A stretch of 64,000 bases of DNA from the human T2T-CHM13v2.0 reference genome, Homo sapiens, in NCBI RefSeq assembly GCF_009914755.1, contig NC_060926.1; one strand, 5' to 3'. Of the stretch, positions 56,563 to 64,000 are shown in pieces. A model generated the notes under the pieces. That model searched no databases. It saw nothing but the letters and a program-made list of their open reading frames with translations, and had not been told where the DNA came from. How positions within the stretch are numbered: the stretch's first letter is position 1; each line of letters starts with the position of its first letter. The translations under genes and the position numbers were made by a program.

Positions 56563-58029
56563 TGTGTCCAGATTTGGCGGGTTCTTGGTCTCACTGACTT
56601 CAAGAGTGAAGCCGCGGACCCTCGCAGTGAGTGTTATAGTTCTTAAAGGTGGCGTGTCCGGAGTTTGTTCCTTCTGATGTTCAGATGTGTTTGGAGTTTC
56701 TTCCTTCTGGGTTTGTGGTCTCGCTGGCTCAGGAGTGAAGATGCAGACCTTCGTGGTGAGTGTTACAGCTCATAAAGGCAGTGTGGACCCAAACAGTGAG
56801 CAGCAGCAAGATTTATTGCAAAGAGCAAAAGAACAAAGCTGCCACAGTGTGGAAGGGGACCCGGACGGGTTGCCACTGCTGGCTCAGGCAGCCTCCTTTT
56901 ATTCTCTTATCCGGCCCCACCCACATCCTGCCGATTGGTCCATTTTACAGAGAGCCAGTTGGTCTGTTTTACAGAGAGCCGATTGGTCCGTTTTGACAGG
57001 GTGCTGATTGGTGCGTTTACAATCCCTGAGCTAGACACAAAAGTTCTCCACGTCCCCACTAGATTAGCTAGATACAGAGTGTCGATTGGTATATTTACAA
57101 ACCATGAGCTAGACACAGAGTGCTGATTGGTGCATTTACAAACCTTGAACTAGAGACAGAGTGCTGATTGGTGTATTCACAATCCCTTAGCTAGACATAA
57201 TGATCCAAGTCCCCACCAGATTAGCTAGATACAGAGTGCCGATTGGTGCATCCACAAATCCTGAGCTAGAGACAGGGTGCTAATTGGTGTGTTTACAAAC
57301 CTTGAGCTAGATACAGAGTGCTCATTGGTGTATTTACAATCCCTTACTAGACATAAAGGTTCTCCAAGTCCCCACTAGACTCAGGAGCCCAGCTGGCTTC
57401 ACCCAGTGGGTCTCCCACTGGGGCCGCAGGTCGAGCTGCCTGCCAGTCCCGCACCATGCGCCTGCACTCCTCAGCCCTTGGGCAGTCGATGGGACTGGGC
57501 GCCGTGGAGCAGGGGGCAGCTCTCATCGGGGAGGCTCAGGCCGCACAGGAGCCCACGGTGGGGTGGGGGAGACTCAGGCATGGTGGGCTGCAGGTACCGA
57601 GCCCTGCCCCACAGGGAGGCAGCTAAGGCCTGGCGAGAAATAGAGCACAGAGCTGGTGGGCCAGCACTGCTGGGGGACCTGGCGCACCCTCTGCAGCTGC
57701 TGGCCCAGGTGCTAAGCCCCTCACTGCCCGGGGCCGGCACGGCTGGCCGGCAGCTCTGAGTGCGGGGCCGCCAAGCCCACGCTCACCGGGAACTCTAGCT
57801 GGCCTGCAAGCACCACGTGCAGCCCCAGTTCCCGCCCATGCCTCTCCCTCCACACCTCCCCGCAAGCCGAGGGAGGCGGCTCCGGCCTCGGCCAGCCCAG
57901 AGAATGGCTCCCATGGTGCAGCGGCGGGCTGAAGGGCTCCTCAAGCACGGCCAGAATGGGCGCCAAGGCCGAGGAGACGCCAAGAGCGAGCGAGGGCTGC
58001 GAGGGCTGCCAGCACGCTGTCACCTCTCA
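56563..58029 (-). mobile_element. LTR12 (C/D-type) 5' LTR, 1467 bp
   Basis: Starts TGAGAGGTGACAGCGTGCTGG and ends CCAAATCTGGACACA; GC-rich U3, tandem CCAAT repeats, R-region AATAAA at 56812-56817. Confidence 0.95.
56889..57350 (-). promoter_or_regulatory. LTR12 enhancer/promoter: tandem CCAAT (NF-Y) and GATA repeats with AATAAAA TATA-equivalent
   Basis: About 9 ATTGG motifs in ~41-bp-type repeats (56931-57330); 'GGATAAGAGAATAAAAGGAGGCTG' on the - strand at ~56889-56911. Confidence 0.75.
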
Positions 58030-60689
58030 ATATCACTGTCTTAAAAATCCTCTGTGCTCTACCTCATCATAAAAGTAAGAAACCTAGGAGTGTTTCTCTC
58101 TTTGGTTTCCAATTACTTTGGCCTGGGATAAACTGGGACTTCTCAATTAATTGCGGGCCATTTAACAGTTAATGAGAAGCATTTCATGGTCTTTCTAAAA
58201 CTCTTGTAGACTAATAATAGCTATGATGAAGTATATAGAAATTCATTAATATTTATAAAAGTAATAAACATTGAGTAATAGAATTATGTTAGCATTAAAA
58301 TTCAATTATTAATTACATTATTATTTCAACTAATTTTGCAAAAGACCATTGACTATAGGTTCTTAGAGGCTAAAAGAAAATTAGAAGTCTACCACCCCAC
58401 CTCCTTTGTTTTACAGATGAGAAGCTAAAGCTTCCAATGTTTAAGTGATTTGCCTAATCGAAGCCAGGACCAAAACTCATCTAATAACGTCTAAACGTAG
58501 TACCTTCCACTGAATCAAAGAGTTGGGTCTTCCTGTTTTCCCTTTTTCTCCCCCCTTCTTTTCAAGAATTAATATTCTGAAGTATTTTCCAGATATGGAA
58601 TCACCAATTTATAATGATAAATATGCAAGAAAATCAAGATAAATTTTGTGTATTATCTTACATTTGTGTTTTAAATTGATAGCTGCTATCAATGGCATGT
58701 TAAAAAATACTTTAGTGAATTTCATATTTTGATACAGCTTTCAGCACAGATCAGCAATTTCTCTCAAGTTTTTTGATTATACGTTTGATTCCAGAAATTC
58801 TGTTTCACTGGTACTAATTCAATGTGTTTACTCTTCTTTTGAGAATGGTACCTTACTATAAATGTCGCAGGAGAAAAAACATTGCCATTTAAGCTACAGA
58901 AGTGCTGAATATGACCTGCACGTGTTGAAATGGCAGTGCTGCGGGAGAGGTTGGAAAATGTGTGATGCTGTCTTATAATTTTAGCTCGGGTTTATGCAAA
59001 TGTGGGCATTTATCTTGTTATTTTCACAGCCATACACATTTACTGCCGCTTGAAGTTATCCTTACAAGTGATCTTCATTAAATTAAGTTTGTCTTACAGG
59101 AGCAGAAGGAAAAGGATGATGTGAATTTCACCTTTAAAAGGCAGCACTAGGCAATGCAACATTTAAGAAGTGTTTTTTGCCTGTGCCCATAAAAAGCTAT
59201 ACCACTTTGTTGATGGATTTGCTATTTTGTGTCCTATTAAGTATAAAATGTGACCATATATTTTGGATTCCAAGGTCTTTTCTGGTTTGTTGAACACATT
59301 AGTGCTTATGATGATGATTTAAATTAGTTTTAATGTACTTGGGTAGTCAAGCATACAGTGCTTTGAAGCCACTAAGGGAGAAAAAGAAGAGATATTTCAG
59401 CCTTCCCCAGTAATGAGACCCATAAATCAAAAGAACGAACATGGAAACTTCAAGCAAGCCTAGGGATCTAATTTCAAACACCTTAAAAGAGACTCCTTTT
59501 TTGGTTTAGGCTTGCCATGTCCGTGGTGCCCAGTGGAAGGGCTGAGCTGAAAAATTTGGATAAAAAACAGAGAACCTCTATAGGATTAAAACAATGGAGC
59601 CAGACGCTCTCAGTGTTAGCCTTTGGATTTGAGAGGCTTGTGTTTAAGAAGTCTGGGCCTGAAGAGGTGGAAATACAGGGGGTCAGATTCAGTTACAGAT
59701 ACATACATGTTCAAATACCAAATACATGTCATTTAAGGGAACCATAAGATGACTTTGCAAGAGGGAGACTTTTTTCCATGAAATAGTTATAGTAGACTTT
59801 TCAAACTAACTCTGAAGTGAAATTTTGAGCATAAAAGCTTTTCAGCTGACAAAGAGAAATGGCATGAATGTCTGAGAAAAAAACCAGACACATCCCTAAA
59901 ACAACAGAGAAATGCCTTCTAGACTTTAGATACATCTATGGCAAATAGGAAGACAAGCTATTTCTAGACCTCTGGCAAGAAGACTGGCCTTTTACTCAGT
60001 TCTTAAAGAAAATAGCTAAGAGAAGTTTGGAATAAGAAATCCAAGTTCTTCTACATGTTGTTGGTTCGGGCAATGTCAAAGATTTTTTTCATAGCTTGTC
60101 TCTTGGAGGCTGACCTTGGACTGTGCACATGGACCTATTTTTAAACTGTAGACTCCATTTCACTCCCACATATTTTACCCTTCTACTGTTCAAGTGCTAA
60201 AACCAGGGATTATTTAAGTTAGCTTACTCTCTGTTGCAGGCTGGGATGAGAGTTTAGGATTCCAAAATTGTGTTAGAAGTGGGTTGAGAGGAAATAAATG
60301 TGGAGAGGCTAAATGACAGTTGTGTTATGGATCCTTTTCCTTTTAATTTCCCCCTATTTTTAAAAAACTCACTGGAGTCCTAGAATACACACAGATAATT
60401 GACGTATCTCTAGGGGTATTTGCATTCAAGGTAAGTTTCTTTTGATTTTAGTAACATGTGGCTTTTGATTATTATGGAGGACAATTTAAGCCCAAAGTAT
60501 TATTTTGCCATTTAGGTTTGTATCTTAATTTGGGCTGTGCTGAAATCATCTTGGGGGGTGTGTGTGTATGTATGTGTGTGTGTGTTTGGGGGGGATGTGT
60601 GTGTATGATATATGTGGGTAGGTGAGATATGGAGGGAGGCAGGGAGGGAACTTTTAATACCGTTCGTTGTACTGAATTTTAAATTCAGA

Positions 60690-60691
<2 letters not shown>

Positions 60692-60720
<29 letters not shown>
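60692..60720. repeat. (GT)n microsatellite
   Basis: About 14 TG units. Confidence 0.92.
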
Positions 60721-60723
<3 letters not shown>

Positions 60724-61369
60724 GAAATGCATTTGTCATGGCTAACTGTGGTCTTTAATAGCAAAGTGACCAGAGCATGAATTATTTTCTTATTCAAAGA
60801 AAAATGAGGGGATCAGAAGGGCCACTGGTTTTCAAACAAAAAATAGTACAAGGTTTATGTTTTTAAAAAACTCATGTTATAGTGATTGAAATTTTCTTGT
60901 TTGGCAGCCTTTTCAAAAATTAAAAATTATATTACTTTTTTTTTCTGAAATAGCTCTTGCAAACAATTATATGAATCAAAACTGAAAACTAATTGTAACC
61001 ATGTATTTGCTTATATCAGATCATAGACCAATAACAAGGATGTTTTGCCTGGTACTGAATTGTAGAAACTGGAGTTGGTAGGACACATTCCTTTAACTTT
61101 GAGGGATGATTATGGATAAGGCAATTGAAGTATTTATGGAAGATAATTCAGTCTATATTTAGGAAAGACTTCTTTTTTCTAACCAAATATGGTGGGTTTT
61201 AAAAATCTTACATATTACAAGATGGATGGATGATACTGGTCCATCCATTAATACACCCTATTTTCTTAATGCCTTTCAGACTAAGATGCACACATCATGA
61301 GTATATGTTTACCTATAAACACTTTGTCATGCATGTCATTAACTAGAGGTCAGTATTTGCTTATAGTGT

Positions 61370-63300
61370 TATTTTTAAGGTAAAATTTACAGTGTACTGA
61401 AATGTACAAATCTTACATGCACCCTTTGAATTTTGAGAAATGTGTACTTATGTAATCCAAAACTCTATCAAGGTAGAGGACTTGGCCAGTATCTAAGTTA
61501 TCTCATCAGTTTTCTCAGTCCTACCCCAGAGACAACCACTCTTCTGATTTTTTTCACCATACTTTTCACTATTCTAGAAACTTCATGTGAGATTATACAA
61601 TGTGTACCCTTTTGTAGAAGGCTTTTTACTTACCATACTATTTGTGGAATGTGTTAATACTGTCGCGTGAATAAGCAGTTCATTCCTTTTTATTGTTAGG
61701 TAGTATTCCATTGTATAAATATATGGCAATTTGTTTGTCCAGTCATCTGTTGATGAACACCTGGGTTGTTTCTGGTTTGGGGCTATTATAAATAAAGCTG
61801 CCATGATCATTCTTGTGAGTTTTCCTGTGGACATATGCTTTCAATTCTGTTGGGTAAGTACCTAGGAGTAGAATTTCTGTGTATAAGGTAGGTATGTGGT
61901 TAGCTTTATAAGAAACTCTCAGATGTTTTTTCCAAAGCGGTTTATCATTTTATCTTTCTATTAGGAGTGGATGAAAGTTCTGGTTGCACCACATCTGGGC
62001 TTACAGTATAGAATTGTCAGTCTTCTTCATGTTAATCATTCTTCTGAGTGTATAGTGGTATCTCATTATGTTTTTAATTTGCATTTCCCTGATGACTAAT
62101 GATATCGAATAGCTTTTAATGTACATATTAACCATCTGTATATTCCCCTTTGTGAAATGTCTATTGAATATATTGCTCATTTATTAATCAGCTTTTTTTT
62201 CTTAATGAGTTGGAATTTTTTATTAGTATATATCCTGGATATCAATCTTTTATCTCTCTGTCTCATACACACACACACACAGCATTTTTTTCCTCTTACT
62301 GTGTTAGTTTTCTTAACAGTGTCTTTTGGTGAGCAGTTTTTAATTTTGTTGAGGTCTGATTTTGTATGATTATTGATTTCTGTGTGTCGCTCAATAAATC
62401 TTTGCCTACTCTCAAATTATAAAGATATTTTCCTATGATTTCTTCTAGAGCTTTGTTGTTTTAGCTTCTGTGTTTAGGTCTAGGATTAACTTTGAGTTCA
62501 CTTGAGTGTAGTGTAAGGTGAGAATCCAGGATGCTTCATTTTTTTTCTTTATACTGATATCTAGTTGTTCAGGATCATTTGTTGAAAAGAGTTTCTTTTC
62601 TCCGTTGGAATGCTTTGGCACCTTTTATCAAAAAATCAGTTGACCATATATATGTGAGTCTATTTGGGAGTTTCCAGCTATTCTGTTGATCTGTTGTTGA
62701 TCCTTATGCTAGTACAGTAATCGCCTCTTTATCCATGAGAGGATATGTTCCAAGACCCCCAATGGATGCCTGAAACTGTGGATAGTACAAAACCCTCTAT
62801 GCTATGATTTTCGTATCTGATAACCAAGATAGCTACTAAGTGACGAATGTGTGGGTAGTATGTGCAGTGTGGATATGCTGGAAGAAGGTGTGAGTCATGT
62901 CCCAGGTGGGACACAGCAGGACAGATTTCACACTACTCAGAATTTAAATCATGAATTCTTTACTTCTGGAATTTAAAACTTATGAATTGTTTAATTCTGG
63001 AATTTTAAACTTCTGAATTGTTTATGTCCATTTAATGTTATGAGACTGAAACCATGGGTAACTGAAACAGCAGAAAGCAAACCACAGATAAGGGGGGACT
63101 CCTGTCCCACACTGTCTTGAGTACTGTAGCTTCAAAAGTAAGTCTTCAAATCAAGTTGTGTAAGCCCTCAATTTTGTTCTGCATTTTCAAAACCACTTTT
63201 TGACATTTGTAGGCTCTTCATATTGCTGTTCGAATTATAGAATTAGTTTGTCAGTTTCTTTTTTTTTTTAAGTCTGATGTGATTACAATTTGCATTGTCT
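61370..63300 (-). mobile_element. Old L1M (L1MB/ME-like) interrupted by MER2
   Basis: ORF 61583-61834 retains AALFIIAPNQKQPRC..YIYTMEYY, matching the L1 ORF2 C-terminus. Confidence 0.8.
62714..63103 (+). mobile_element. MER2 (Tigger-derived MITE)
   Basis: 'cagt..ttatccat..gttccaagaccccc..ggatgcctgaaactgtggatagtac' through 'gataagggggactcctg'. Confidence 0.82.
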
Positions 63301-63309
63301 TGAATCTGG

Positions 63310-63736
63310 AACACCTGGTGAAAACTATTTTCATAATAATACTTAGACATTATTTGCTTTCACACTCATTGTCTCAGGAGTACACTGGAGTTTTCCAGAG
63401 AATACATAATGTGTGATCTTGCAGCAGATTGAATGCAGAAGCAGATAGGCAATCAGGCTCTCTTCTTTTATGGTAAACATTAATGGTATTTGCAAAAGTG
63501 TAAAACAATGCAAAGCTTAATACATTTTATTTTAGGAAAAAGAAAAATTATTTTAACATTTAATGGGCTTGTTAATTTTAAATGAATTAATATTTTAACA
63601 TTTTTTAATTTTAAATTCCTTCTCTGGTAAATTTTGATAGCTATAAACTACATAAATATTAAAAGTTTTTTGGGATCCTCAGTTGTTTTTGAGAGTTTCA
63701 AGGAGTCCTGAGAATGAAGGGTTTGAAAACTGCTGC
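63310..63736 (+). mobile_element. Charlie1-like hAT fragment
   Basis: 'aactattttcataataatact..gattgaatgcagaagcagata' and end 'gtcctgaga..gtttgaaaactgctg'. Confidence 0.65.
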
Positions 63737-63891
63737 CATAGCTCAATTTTGGGACAATTGATGCCTTAACAATATTTATTTTTTCAATCCATGAATATGG
63801 TATATCTCTACATTTATATATGTTTTATAGTTTTCAGTATAGAGATTTCTGAAGATGTTTTGTTAAATATATTTCTAAGTATTGTATATTC

Positions 63892-64000
63892 TTTTTTTTT
63901 TTTTCTTTTTGAGATGGAGTCTCGCTCTGTCGCTCAGGCTAGAGTGCAATGGCATGACCTTGGCTCACTGCAACCTCTGCCTCCCAGGTTCAAGTGACTC
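63892..64000 (-). mobile_element. AluS, cut by the window edge
   Basis: Poly-T followed by right-arm sequence. Confidence 0.9.

Larger units (their letters stand above)
53502..58029 (-). mobile_element. Aberrant HERV9 (ERV9/LTR12) integrant: 5' LTR, PBS, H2A fragment, gag, pro, pol (RT), inverted U3 end
   Basis: LTR12 at right, Arg PBS, gag/pro/RT motifs, inward-facing TG termini, flanks TTAT and ATAT. Confidence 0.93.

Noticed and set aside
56930-57350. CRISPR-like repeat-spacer array
   Set aside because: These are the normal LTR12 U3 tandem enhancer repeats in eukaryotic DNA; no unique spacers or cas genes.
53502-58029. DNA transposon, suggested by the terminal inverted repeats
   Set aside because: The inverted ends are LTR12 U3 sequence and the interior is gag-pro-RT, with no transposase.

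Overview
Human (primate) genomic DNA; an AluYa5 indicates Homo. The window is intronic sequence of LTBP1 (+ strand) with one 298-nt coding exon (20945-21242: first EGF-like domain plus linker of the long isoform). The rest is mostly interspersed repeats: about 24 Alus, a 3.9-kb 5'-truncated L1PA, MaLR/ERV LTRs, L2, MIR and MER elements. The standout is an aberrant 4.5-kb HERV9/LTR12 integrant (53502-58029, - strand). Its leader is replaced, exactly at the end of the tRNA-Arg primer-binding site, by a captured fragment of histone H2A mRNA (H2AC20-like C-terminus). In place of a 3' LTR it ends in an inverted 77-bp copy of the U3 end, joined to pol by microhomology, yet it sits in a cleanly split host L1M with a near-perfect 4-bp target duplication. 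Repeat subfamily names come from remembered consensus sequences, boundaries of old repeats are approximate, and no database searches were run.
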